IMG/VR virus record: IMGVR_UViG_3300049929_000026
Span: 64,001-128,000 of that record
DNA from: a virus
Strand: one strand, 5' to 3'
Length of the DNA stretch: 64,000 nt
Part shown: piece by piece, positions 19,644-28,650 of the stretch
Layout: every line of letters starts with the position of its first letter
Numbering within the stretch: position 1 is the stretch's first letter
Notes under the pieces: model-generated
Databases searched by the model: none
The model's input: the letters and a program-made list of their open reading frames with translations, nothing else
What the model was told of the DNA's origin: nothing
Program-made: the position numbers and the translations under genes

Positions 19644-19750
19644 CTCTCAACACCTGACTTTTCTCTGATCCGTTCCGAGAGCTGGATTCGCACAGCTGAG
19701 GACGGGTGCCCAACCTCTCAACACCTGACTTCTCTCTGATCCGTTCCGAG
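19644..19750 (-). CRISPR. mini CRISPR array: two 36-nt repeats and one 35-nt spacer
   Basis: 19644-19679 and 19715-19750 differ at one position. Minus-strand repeat CTCGGAACGGATCAGAGA(A/G)AAGTCAGGTGTTGAGAG; spacer GTTGGGCACCCGTCCTCAGCTGTGCGAATCCAGCT. Starts 54 nt after the Cas12f-like gene. Confidence 0.8.
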
Positions 19751-19804
19751 CGGTCATCAAGACCGCCAGCAAATTCGCGCTCTTGCCGTCCGCTTTGCGA
19801 GCGG

Positions 19805-21430
19805 TCACTCCGCGGCCCCTGCTTCTGGGGCCAGAGAATCCGAACCGCTCGCAGTCTTGACGCCCTTCTTCCCGAGTCCGCGCTTCTTCGCGCCGGCCTC
19901 CTGCATCTTCGCTAGCGCGTGTTTCTTGCCCACATCGAGTAGATGATTCGCGCATGCGATACCATCCACCGATGCCTTCAATTGGCATTGCTCGCAACGA
20001 AACCAGGCCGGCACTCGCACAACCCGTTTCCAGACCTCGCCGTCGATGCGTTTGAACTCAACGACGTTGTCGCGGTGCTCAACGTTCGCTTCCGATGTGT
20101 GCGAGCAAGCCGGACATCGCTGCGAGACGAAGCGCGCGTTCTTGTAGTGCGTCCGGATCCCCACCTTGGTGAGCGCCCGATCGATCGTCTGCTGGCTTTC
20201 GTAGTAAGGCCACTGATGGATCAGTCGCTTCAGCTCGCTGTGGGCCTGTCCCTCGGTCTGCTTCTCGAAGTTCTCCCGGATCCCGGTCATGTTCTCCATA
20301 AACACGTCGCTAACTCCATGAAGCGTGCACCAGCGAGCGAAGTCCGCCGCGCGCTGCCGGATCCGGTCCTTGACTCGCCGCGCTTCTCGATCGCCGATGG
20401 CAGTCAGCGGGAGTTCGCGACGCTTCACGCCGCGTCCGCGGGACCCGCTGCCATGGGCACGCATTCCCTTTGCGATGCGGCGTCTCTGCGCGGCATATTG
20501 CTCACGCATCGCGATGATGTCAGTCCCCGGATCTTCCCACGTTGTGCCGTCCTCGGACATCGCCAGCATGAACACGTTGATCCCGAAGTTGCAGGCTACC
20601 GCATTGCCTGCCTTGTAGCCTTCGGCTCGGTGCTGAGACCACGAGATGAGCGCGAACCATTTACGCTTTCGCTCGTCGAACTTGATCCCGACCTTTCCAA
20701 GCTTGATCGACGCCTTCTCTTCGAGTTCGAACAGAGCTCGGTCCCTAGCCGCGCGCGCTGCCTTCATTACCTTGTCAGTGGCGTCTTTCGGGAGCGGTTT
20801 CTTGGCGGATCGCTCGAGCTCCACCACGCCTGCTCGGTTGCCCGCTCCACCCACCAGTTGCCTCCAAAGAACCACGGCGTTGCCGCCGCAAGGTGCAACA
20901 ACGAGAGACGTTGCACCTTTGCCGGTGCCAAAGAAAGGGAAGGTGAGCCGGGCATCGTCAGGTGTCCCTGAGACTTCGCAGTTGCGTCCCTCCGAGAAGA
21001 AGGACTTGCCGGACCCTTCGAACGTCGGCACGCCCGCGCGACCAGCCAGCAGATCCTTGAGATGCTGCCCAGCGAAGCGCGAAAGTATGTGGTCCGAGGT
21101 TTCGCTACACAGAACGTCCCCGGGCGGGACGTGAGCCGCTGCGTAGTCTTTGCCTGACTTCTTCAGCATGTACGCGCATCGTCGCTCCATGCCGCGAGCC
21201 CAATGGAATCGCAGCCGCTTACGGACATCGTTCTGCCAGGTCGTGCTTGGTTTCTGCTTCTCCGATATCGCCTCGAGTTGGGAAATGGCGCCAGGGTATA
21301 CGTCACGTAGCGAGAGATTCAGCGCCATCGGCAGTGTCTCGCGAAGGGCTCGCATTCGCGCTCCGAGTTCGCTCCAGCTACCATTTGCTGGCTTGACGAT
21401 CTCAACCTTGAGCGTCCCTGCCAGCTTCAT
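19805..21430 (-). CDS. cas12f: Cas12f1-like (type V) effector, predicted nuclease-dead
   Basis: N-terminus KVEIVKP...WSELG..MRAL...ALN, bridge region GSRGRGVKRRELPL, RuvC-II FMENMTGIRE, WPYYESQQ, VSQRCPAC, FRCEQC and RuvC-III VDGIACAN parallel AsCas12f1 as I recall it. RuvC-I reads ACNFG instead of GIDLG. Confidence 0.8.
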   Translation of the reverse strand: MKLAGTLKVEIVKPANGSWSELGARMRALRETLPMALNLSLRDVYPGAISQLEAISEKQKPSTTWQNDVRKRLRFHWARGMERRCAYMLKKSGKDYAAAHVPPGDVLCSETSDHILSRFAGQHLKDLLAGRAGVPTFEGSGKSFFSEGRNCEVSGTPDDARLTFPFFGTGKGATSLVVAPCGGNAVVLWRQLVGGAGNRAGVVELERSAKKPLPKDATDKVMKAARAARDRALFELEEKASIKLGKVGIKFDERKRKWFALISWSQHRAEGYKAGNAVACNFGINVFMLAMSEDGTTWEDPGTDIIAMREQYAAQRRRIAKGMRAHGSGSRGRGVKRRELPLTAIGDREARRVKDRIRQRAADFARWCTLHGVSDVFMENMTGIRENFEKQTEGQAHSELKRLIHQWPYYESQQTIDRALTKVGIRTHYKNARFVSQRCPACSHTSEANVEHRDNVVEFKRIDGEVWKRVVRVPAWFRCEQCQLKASVDGIACANHLLDVGKKHALAKMQEAGAKKRGLGKKGVKTASGSDSLAPEAGAAE

Positions 21431-21439
21431 TGAAAATCC

Positions 21440-21700
21440 TCCAAGTGATTCAAGGCAACCATCGACCGGCTAGTCAGGTGTTGACCATGCGACAAGCGCG
21501 TGGTCCTGCGGCCGAAGCCACTCAGCGAGTACGAAGACTCGCTATCTCGACGGTAGATCGCCGGTATTACCGGTCGTTGGCTGCCTTCAATCACTGTTCC
21601 AAAATAGAACCGACTCATGTAGACCTGCTCCTGTCCGTTTACGCGGACCATGCCCGCGGTCGTGTGATAGCGACGCGCGGGCAACTTCAATCGCACCCCC
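21440..21700 (-). ncRNA. putative tracrRNA (boundaries approximate)
   Basis: Minus strand of 21472-21484 reads TCAACACCTGACT, perfectly complementary to AGTCAGGTGTTGA near the repeat 3' end; upstream of the effector gene. Confidence 0.6.
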
Positions 21701-21934
21701 CGGGCTGGCTGTCAAGTGACCACCAAAGCCCGGCGCCTCTCGTTCCTGCTTGTCGCTACTGACGTGATTCCAGTGATTACGCGTCTTTGCGGCGTCCCGG
21801 TCGCTCTCCGGGCGCCCCGGAGTTGCCTGGGCGCAATGTTCGCTTTAGCCTAAACAACAGGTCCAAGCACGTCGGCGCAAGCCGAAGGACGCCTCCGCCA
21901 CGGGGTAACGCTGCCTAGCCCGGTAGGGCACGCA

Positions 21935-22513
21935 ATGTTCAACTTAGACAAATTCGCCAATGCGGTGCTGCTCGTGTTGAACGAGAGTCCGTCGCCGCCT
22001 GGGTTGACGGTGCTTCTGAAGGTGCTGTTTCGGTCGGACTTCGCACACTATCAGGAGCATTTGCGTTCGATCACCGGAGTGGAGTACGTGGCACTCGAGC
22101 GCGGACCTGTTCCCCACGACTACCGCTCGCTTCTTCAGAAGCTAGCAAGCCGGGGCGACGTTGTGGCCGAACGTGTCGACGTTGCCTCGGGCTACAAGCC
22201 CATGGAGTGCTACCGCGCGCTCCGCCGTCCGGATCTCGCGGCCTTCGATCCGAGCGAACTTGCGGTGCTACGCGCGGTCATTGCGGCGGACGCGGGCAAA
22301 ACGGGAAAGCAGCTGAGCGACGAGACACATGCCGAACTCCCTTGGCGGGCTGTCTGGCGCGACGGGGAAGGCGAATCCGCCCAGATCCCCTATGCCCTCT
22401 CTCGCTGGGAAGAGAACCGTTGCAATGCGGCGGACCTCACTCAAGCCGCAAACGAGCTGCAGCGAACCGATGTGCAGGCGGTGATTGCGCAACTTGTTCG
22501 ACCAACTGGCTAG
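21935..22513 (+). CDS. Panacea (DUF4065/SocA-like) antitoxin-domain protein
   Basis: LLKVLFRSDFAHY...SITG..YVALERGPVP...LSDETH..PW motifs. Confidence 0.8.
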   Translation: MFNLDKFANAVLLVLNESPSPPGLTVLLKVLFRSDFAHYQEHLRSITGVEYVALERGPVPHDYRSLLQKLASRGDVVAERVDVASGYKPMECYRALRRPDLAAFDPSELAVLRAVIAADAGKTGKQLSDETHAELPWRAVWRDGEGESAQIPYALSRWEENRCNAADLTQAANELQRTDVQAVIAQLVRPTG

Positions 22514-22599
22514 CCAGCAGCCGTGCCGAGACACATGCCACTGGTGCGGCGCTCCGTGCCGTTCGAATCGGATGTTGCCGCGCTGCGAATGCGATATGC

Positions 22600-22883
22600 G
22601 GCGACCCGGCGATTGCCGAGGCGCACCTGCCGCTGATTCACTTGGTGTTCTCGAATTTCAAGGCGTGGCTGCAAGGGACTCACCATTCTGTTTCTCCGAA
22701 GCATTTGCAGGCCTATGCCAACGAATACGTGTTCCGGTTCAATCGGCGGTTCTACCCGCTCAACGGGTTCCGATCGCTGTTGGGGCTCGGCGCGCTGCGC
22801 GAGGCGCCGACGTACGATGAGCTGTACTCGGATGCGTGCGTACATCCCGTCGCAGTTGGTCCGTGGGAGCTAACCGGATGAGC
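22600..22883 (+). pseudogene. IS1595-family transposase C-terminal remnant with probable terminal repeat
   Basis: HLVFSNFKAWLQGTHHSVSPKHLQAYANEYVFRFNRR; N-terminal and catalytic parts absent; ends in TAACCGGATGAGC. Confidence 0.8.
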
Positions 22884-23004
22884 ATGGAAATAACATCGGT
22901 CTGCGGCTTGCCGTTGTCACCGGCAGAGTCAGCGCGGACTTCGAGCTCCACGGGGAGCAGCATGAGACGCTACAGGATACGCTGCCGAGAAAAGTGAGAA
23001 GGAA

Positions 23005-23238
23005 ATGCTAGCTTCAGGATTCCTATTAATCGTGTTCGGATTCTTCTGCCTGATCTTCATGACGATCGAAAAGGTCGGCAGGAACGCTAGACGTCGCCTG
23101 ATGCTTGCCGAGCACGAGCGGCGGAAGGCAATGCTCTATCTGGAACATGGCCGACAAGTCCGTGCCTTGTACGAGAGCCACCGAAAGCGCGCGCCGGAAA
23201 AGTTCCACGCTCCGCCATATGACGTGGAAGAATCATGA
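23005..23238 (+). CDS. small membrane protein
   Basis: N-terminal hydrophobic helix and AAGGA RBS. Confidence 0.5.
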   Translation: MLASGFLLIVFGFFCLIFMTIEKVGRNARRRLMLAEHERRKAMLYLEHGRQVRALYESHRKRAPEKFHAPPYDVEES

Positions 23239-23394
23239 GCCGCGCGCGACGTCAGCAGAAGCGCCGTGCCCGCGCTTGGCAGCTCGAGGTGAGGGACACC
23301 GTGTACGGGTGGCGCGCCGCGTGGTTGATGGGTGATCGAGAGCGCTTCAAGGTGCATTGCTACTCGCGGGTTGAAAGGCGGTTCGATCGAGTGG

Positions 23395-23964
23395 TCACGT
23401 GACCACCTTGATCCCGTTCGTCGCCGCTTGCGATCTGTCTATCGGCAGCCGCCCATGGCACGAGTTTTCTCCGGGCCTTGGGAAGTTCAACGCCGCAAAC
23501 TCGCCGAAATACTCGCGAGCCGCCGCGTCGTATGCCCGGGCAGCGTCCTCCTCATCCGTGAAGTACCCAAGGTGTTTTGGGACGTGTGTTTTCTGGTAGT
23601 ACTGGCCGCCAGAGATCATGGCTCGCCATTTCTTGCCGCGCTTGTACCAAGCAACACCTTTGAATCTAGACGTGCCAGTTGTACGAGCGCGCATATTGAA
23701 GTGATTTTTGGCAGTCGTCGTCGCTCGCAGATTTGTGCGGCGATTATTCAGCCCATCGCCGTCTCGGTGATCTACCTCCTCTGCGTCGGACAGGATCACT
23801 CGATGCATTAGCAACAGCTTCTGTTCACCGTTTTCGCAATGAAGCCTGCGGGCGTACCAAGTGTTCCGATGCTGCCAAGCGTGCCAAGTCTTTCCCGCAA
23901 AGAGGTGCGCGTCAGCCTCGTCTACGATCGCCTTCATTCCGTTGCTAAGAATGATCTCCGTCAT
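23395..23964 (-). CDS. HNH-AP2 homing endonuclease
   Basis: MHRVI...VDHRDGDGLNNRRTNLR plus AP2 domain SRFKGV...HLGYFTDEEDAARAYD. Confidence 0.9.
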   Translation of the reverse strand: MTEIILSNGMKAIVDEADAHLFAGKTWHAWQHRNTWYARRLHCENGEQKLLLMHRVILSDAEEVDHRDGDGLNNRRTNLRATTTAKNHFNMRARTTGTSRFKGVAWYKRGKKWRAMISGGQYYQKTHVPKHLGYFTDEEDAARAYDAAAREYFGEFAALNFPRPGENSCHGRLPIDRSQAATNGIKVVT

Positions 23965-24001
23965 GAATTGTTAGTATACGACAGCGGTGGTCAACTGACC
24001 A

Positions 24002-26812
24002 CTAAGCGGACCGACGAATCGACTTCTTGTCGAGGTATGCCTGCGCGATTTTCTTCATTCGGTCCAGGTCGACTTCTTGAGGCAGATCGTTGCCGACTTT
24101 CAGATCTCGTACGCCTTCAAGCTGCGCGCGCTTGATTCCCAAAATGTCGCTGATCACCGGATCGGATCCCTCGTCGGCGAGTAGGAAATAGGAGAACACG
24201 GGAAGCAGCTGGCCATCGCGGTGAATCCTGGTGTCGTTCTGCTCATGGATCCCAGGGCTATAGTCGAGCTCAGCGGACACGACGTTATTGCAGACGTGCT
24301 GAAGCCCGTCGAGCCCCTCACCGGAACGCAGGCTCATGATCAGGATCTTGGTTTCGCCTGCGATAAAGCGCCGCTTGGACTCCTCCTTCTCTTTGACCGA
24401 TTCGAGTCCCGTGTAGAAAGCGGGAGCGAAGTCCTTCAGCTTATCGCGCAGCACGTCATACACGGCGTGATGCCACGCGAAGCACACAACTGACTCGCCG
24501 CCCTCCACCAGCATCCTCAGGAACTCCGCCACATACGGCGCCTTCGCCAGCCCCGTAGATTGGCGCAACAGATTGTCGAGCTTGCCTGCGGCCTGCATGC
24601 GCGCACCCTTCGACATCTCACCCTTCGCGAGAATCGTGCGCGCCAAAGCCGTGGCTTGACCATCGACAGCATCGAGCACCTTTTGATCGAAATCGATGTA
24701 GTGCGGGATCCGCGTAAGCGCGGGCAACTGACGTCCGACGTCTTCCTTCGTGCGCCGAATCATCAATCCGGAATCGCGCAGGTACGAGCCCATCGCCTCA
24801 GGTGATTTGAGTTTCAGTTTGCCGGGCTTGTCGGCGTCTCCGGTGCAGTGCTCCTGCTTGAATTCGCTGAGCAGTCCGAGCGCGCCAGGGCGAATGAATT
24901 CCATCACGTTCCAGAGCTCGCCGCCGAGATTTAGAAATGGAGTTCCGGAGAGGCCGATTCGGAACTGAACCCGGCGGGATATTTTCATCGCGGCCTTGCC
25001 CTTATTGGTGTCCTCGCCATTTCTAAATTCGTGAACCTCGTCATAGACGACGCTCCCTAACTTCACGAGTTGTGCCTGTCCGGCGAGCTTTTCGTTTCCA
25101 GAGAGATAGTCGCCCCATCCTGGGATCTTCGAATAGCTCGTGATGATCACATCAGGCAGAACGCCGCCGCATTGTTTCGCGATGTCATATGGACGCGTTC
25201 CTCTCAAAATGTGCGTCGACATGCGCGGCAAGAACTTGCGAAGCTCCGCTTGCCACTGCGATGGCAGGGCAGTCTTCGTCACCACGAGCGCGGGGCGTGT
25301 TCGCGGGTCGGTCAAAGCACAGGCGGCAGAGATCGTGTTGTGCGTCGCGAGATACCCGTCTGTCAGATATAGATGACGTTTTGAGCTGACCCGGATACAT
25401 TGGACTGGTTTAATCCCCGCAGGTTCGACTGTTTTGATAGCGCGGGCCATCAACGGCATACGCCATCGCTCAGCCTTGCGTTTGAGAGCGAATGGGCAAA
25501 TCGGTATACGGATATGTACCGTATATGAGAGACGCCCCTGACGGCGCTCCCCAAGATGTTCGTAATTAGTGTGTCGGCTGTACAACGACGCGAACCCACC
25601 TAATGTACCAACAAGATCTTGTACGCCCTCCGCCAATGGCAAAGAGGTCGATGTGAACGTGACGGTACCGCTCGTTCCACATGTGCCATCCGTGTCCATC
25701 AGCCCCTTGAGTAGAGCCAAACGATCGCTCACTGCGGCGCACAGGTACTCATGCGGGATAGTCTTTTCCCACGAGCGCTTCCCAGCCAGCCCTAACGCGC
25801 GCAACGCTTCTATCAGCGCGTTTTTTTGTCCACCGCGATTCCCGCTGGTAATGTTGTAGTCGAAATTGGACCCGCAAACGGGATGTAGCCATAGCCCGGG
25901 CGGAAGCGCAGATATCACATGATCAAGAATTTCTTGATCAGCAGATGATATTGCAACTCCTGCCTGCTTTAGATGCCCATCTCCCAAGAGAACCCCGAGC
26001 AGATACGCTGGTATCGGCAATGGGGGCGCCGGGGCAAACGTGACCGGCTTGGATATTGGCAGGAAGTACTTCGAGTTGACCCTCCCTTTGCCCATGTCGG
26101 TATTCAAGGACTTGCGGATCTCTGAGAGCGGCAATGTCCTGCTCTTACCGGTATATCGGTCTTGCGCAGTGTGGACGGTCCATAGATGCTCATCGCAGCA
26201 TTCTGCGGATGCTCCGTCGGCTGTTGTAACACGAAACACGGGGCGATCTCCTTGTGGAAATATCGCTTCGACGAATGCCGTGCCGCCGTCCGGATCGCTG
26301 ATTTCATCGCCCACGGCGAGCTCGCCCATTTTCCTCCAACCATATGGAGTGAGAACCACTGCGTCTAATGGCTGAGCCTTGCCCAGGCCCATCTGGTCGC
26401 CGATGAGCACCCCACCTGTCCGCAGCGCGAGCTCCGCTGCCACCTTCTGGTAGTCGCGTGGCGGCAACGCGAGTTTGAATTCTTGCGGTTTACGCGCTGG
26501 GTCCCCGATAATTTGGTGGACCGCAAATTCCGCTTCGCGGTGTTCATTCGCGCGTCGCGCAAGCCGGATCTCGCTCTCCTTATCGACGTAGTCGAACGGG
26601 AACCGTGATTGAAACCACTCGATGTCCCGTGACACCTCAGGCGTGTCCATGATGCAGATGATCTCGCGCGTCTTTCCCGCTTGGTATCGCGGCTTCGACA
26701 TTCGCGGGAACACGCGACGCATGCGCAATAACACGTGTGGATCGCACTCAATGATCCAAGAACCATGGTGGTACTTTAGCGTCCCGTAGGTTTTGATCTC
26801 TTCTTTGCTCAC
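24002..26812 (-). CDS. SNF2-family helicase with LAGLIDADG intein
   Basis: DQMGLGK|intein|T, DEVH, LSGTP, MIRRTK, GEGLDGLQ and RIHRDGQ. Confidence 0.9.
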   Translation of the reverse strand: MSKEEIKTYGTLKYHHGSWIIECDPHVLLRMRRVFPRMSKPRYQAGKTREIICIMDTPEVSRDIEWFQSRFPFDYVDKESEIRLARRANEHREAEFAVHQIIGDPARKPQEFKLALPPRDYQKVAAELALRTGGVLIGDQMGLGKAQPLDAVVLTPYGWRKMGELAVGDEISDPDGGTAFVEAIFPQGDRPVFRVTTADGASAECCDEHLWTVHTAQDRYTGKSRTLPLSEIRKSLNTDMGKGRVNSKYFLPISKPVTFAPAPPLPIPAYLLGVLLGDGHLKQAGVAISSADQEILDHVISALPPGLWLHPVCGSNFDYNITSGNRGGQKNALIEALRALGLAGKRSWEKTIPHEYLCAAVSDRLALLKGLMDTDGTCGTSGTVTFTSTSLPLAEGVQDLVGTLGGFASLYSRHTNYEHLGERRQGRLSYTVHIRIPICPFALKRKAERWRMPLMARAIKTVEPAGIKPVQCIRVSSKRHLYLTDGYLATHNTISAACALTDPRTRPALVVTKTALPSQWQAELRKFLPRMSTHILRGTRPYDIAKQCGGVLPDVIITSYSKIPGWGDYLSGNEKLAGQAQLVKLGSVVYDEVHEFRNGEDTNKGKAAMKISRRVQFRIGLSGTPFLNLGGELWNVMEFIRPGALGLLSEFKQEHCTGDADKPGKLKLKSPEAMGSYLRDSGLMIRRTKEDVGRQLPALTRIPHYIDFDQKVLDAVDGQATALARTILAKGEMSKGARMQAAGKLDNLLRQSTGLAKAPYVAEFLRMLVEGGESVVCFAWHHAVYDVLRDKLKDFAPAFYTGLESVKEKEESKRRFIAGETKILIMSLRSGEGLDGLQHVCNNVVSAELDYSPGIHEQNDTRIHRDGQLLPVFSYFLLADEGSDPVISDILGIKRAQLEGVRDLKVGNDLPQEVDLDRMKKIAQAYLDKKSIRRSA
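25337..26377 (-). mobile_element. intein (347 aa, class 3 signature) with LAGLIDADG endonuclease
   Basis: Starts AQPLDA; block B HLW; block F VQCIRV; ends ATHN/T; LLGVLLGDG and LLKGLMDTDG motifs. Confidence 0.85.
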
Positions 26813-27174
26813 ACGATACCCGGAAGGATGACGGCCGCCCGCAACGGCTTTCCGTTCAGCTCGAGCGGCACTCTGGCCAGCGTACTTTTGGTAGTAACGA
26901 GTACGAGCGCTGAGATCCGCTCGTGCTTGGCATAACGCTCAAGCTGCCGAATCACGGCGCCGACCCCGCCCGCTACCTTTACTTCAATGCCAACGGCGCC
27001 GACAAGGAAGTCGATGCGGTCCTTTGGCGAAAGCGTGACCTCCCGCAGGTGCTCGACCCCCTCGCGCTTCAGCAGAGCCTCGATCGCCGCCTGCACGCGA
27101 TACTCCTCACCGAGTCCGCGCAGCGACCGCTCGAACAGTAGGCAGAGTTCGTGAGCTGCCGGTGCCGCACTCAC
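26809..27174 (-). CDS. PD-(D/E)xK nuclease-like protein
   Basis: REV...RIDFLV..VGIEVK...QLERY. Confidence 0.7.
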   Translation of the reverse strand: MSAAPAAHELCLLFERSLRGLGEEYRVQAAIEALLKREGVEHLREVTLSPKDRIDFLVGAVGIEVKVAGGVGAVIRQLERYAKHERISALVLVTTKSTLARVPLELNGKPLRAAVILPGIV

Positions 27175-28368
27175 TTCGCGTTCCCATTTCCATCACACGC
27201 CGGGCACTTGGCACAATGGGCGTGGTTCACCGCCAATATTTCCGCGTCGAGTGCCGCATAGGCCTCGCTCAGTTCTTTCACCGCCGCGAAGACGCGATGA
27301 CGCGCCTGCATCAGCCGCCAATCGCGGCCGTGAATCTGCTCCTGGAGCTCGTCGCTAAACTTAATCGGTGGGCCGAAACGCTCCATCTAGATCCCTTTCT
27401 CAAAAGTTCGCTTCACCATCCGCCAGCGCCGCATCCTCAGAATCTCCACTCCGCCCAGCGTGGCCCGCGCGGCCGTATGCAGGCCCAACAGCTCGGCCAG
27501 GTGGTGCTGGACGTCGTCCTCCGGGGTCTCGGGTTTCAGGCGGCCATGACGTGCCCAGGGTGGGTTGCCGCCTCCGAGTGGCCTGGGGCCCGGCACTTCA
27601 ACGATCCACATTGATGTTCCTCCGCTTCGCTTCCTCGATCACCTCAAGCGCAGCGGCCTCGTATTCGTCGCGTCGACGCTGAGGGAGAGAGCGCCACAGG
27701 TCGTAGCTCGGCTCGCGTTCAATCTCACCGGCGCGGAGCTGTCGGAACAAGTGCTCACCGAGAGTCATCAATCTGTGAACTCCCAGGCAATTTCGTCCTC
27801 GCGCCGCGCCGTGCGCCGCCGTTCTTCCCGCGCTTTGTCGGCCGCGTCTTCAGCCACCCTGAAGGCCAGCCAACTCGCGTGTTCCTCCGTCTTCTCGGCT
27901 TCGTACGGGGCGCGGATCTCAGCTTCAAGATCGGCGAATGCTTGCGCCAGTCTAACACCTGATTCGGCGGAGAGCACGTTGGTCCATTCGCCAGTCGCGA
28001 CCCAGAGCCTGACGTGCTGCGGCGTGTGAATATCATCCCAATCCAACCCGAACGAGAGGTGCTTCCAGGCGCGAGCCCGGTGCCGTTGTTCAACTGAAGT
28101 GGTCAATTGACCGCCTATTTCTCCACCCGACACTGTGGGCAGTCGCACACAGTGTCAATCTCGACCGCTGCGGATGCCGCGCGAAGGCCGATTTGATAAC
28201 CGCTCTGGAAGGCAACGCGCTCGGGCTCTCGGCCAGCGGCGTCTCGCTCGCGCAATGCACGGCGAAGTTCCGAGCACATCTCACGCGCGGCAAGCAGCCT
28301 TCGGCGATAACCTGCAGCGCCGAGAGCGCACGCCGTGCCGTAGAGGACGAAGAACCAATCAGCCGCGG

Positions 28369-28650
28369 TCAAAACGCCACCGGTACCACTAGTGTCCGCT
28401 TTAGCGGCAAATACTGGATGTGCTCGTCGTTGCTCAGTCCCGTAAAAGTCGCAGCCAAAAGGACAGGACCGTCGATATATATCTTACTGACGCAGTCGGC
28501 CCACTGAGTTGGCGGAGCGAGGTTCACGATCCTGATGTTCAGAAAACTGAGTGACGCGCCTGGGCCAAGGAACGAGTACGCCACGCTGGTCACTGCCATC
28601 GCAGGGACGAACAGCGCTCCAAGCCTGAGAAAGTCGCGGCGGGTAGTCAT
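28369..28650 (-). CDS. small protein with twin-arginine signal-like N-terminus
   Basis: MTTRRDFLRLG followed by a hydrophobic stretch. Confidence 0.5.
   Translation of the reverse strand: MTTRRDFLRLGALFVPAMAVTSVAYSFLGPGASLSFLNIRIVNLAPPTQWADCVSKIYIDGPVLLAATFTGLSNDEHIQYLPLKRTLVVPVAF

Noticed and set aside
19943-20971. Long plus-strand ORFs antisense to real genes (also 42632-43627, 49412-50311, 50414-51391 and others)
   Set aside because: Shadow ORFs from GC-rich codon bias; no motifs.
19805-21430. Interpretation as a Cas12k CAST or an ordinary IS605 TnpB
   Set aside because: No tnsB/tnsC/tniQ in the window; no IS ends or tnpA; it has repeats plus an anti-repeat and a Cas12f1-type N-terminus.
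21427-21696. 89-aa minus-strand ORF upstream of the Cas12f-like gene
   Set aside because: No recognisable motifs, and it contains the anti-repeat; better explained as tracrRNA, though not excluded.
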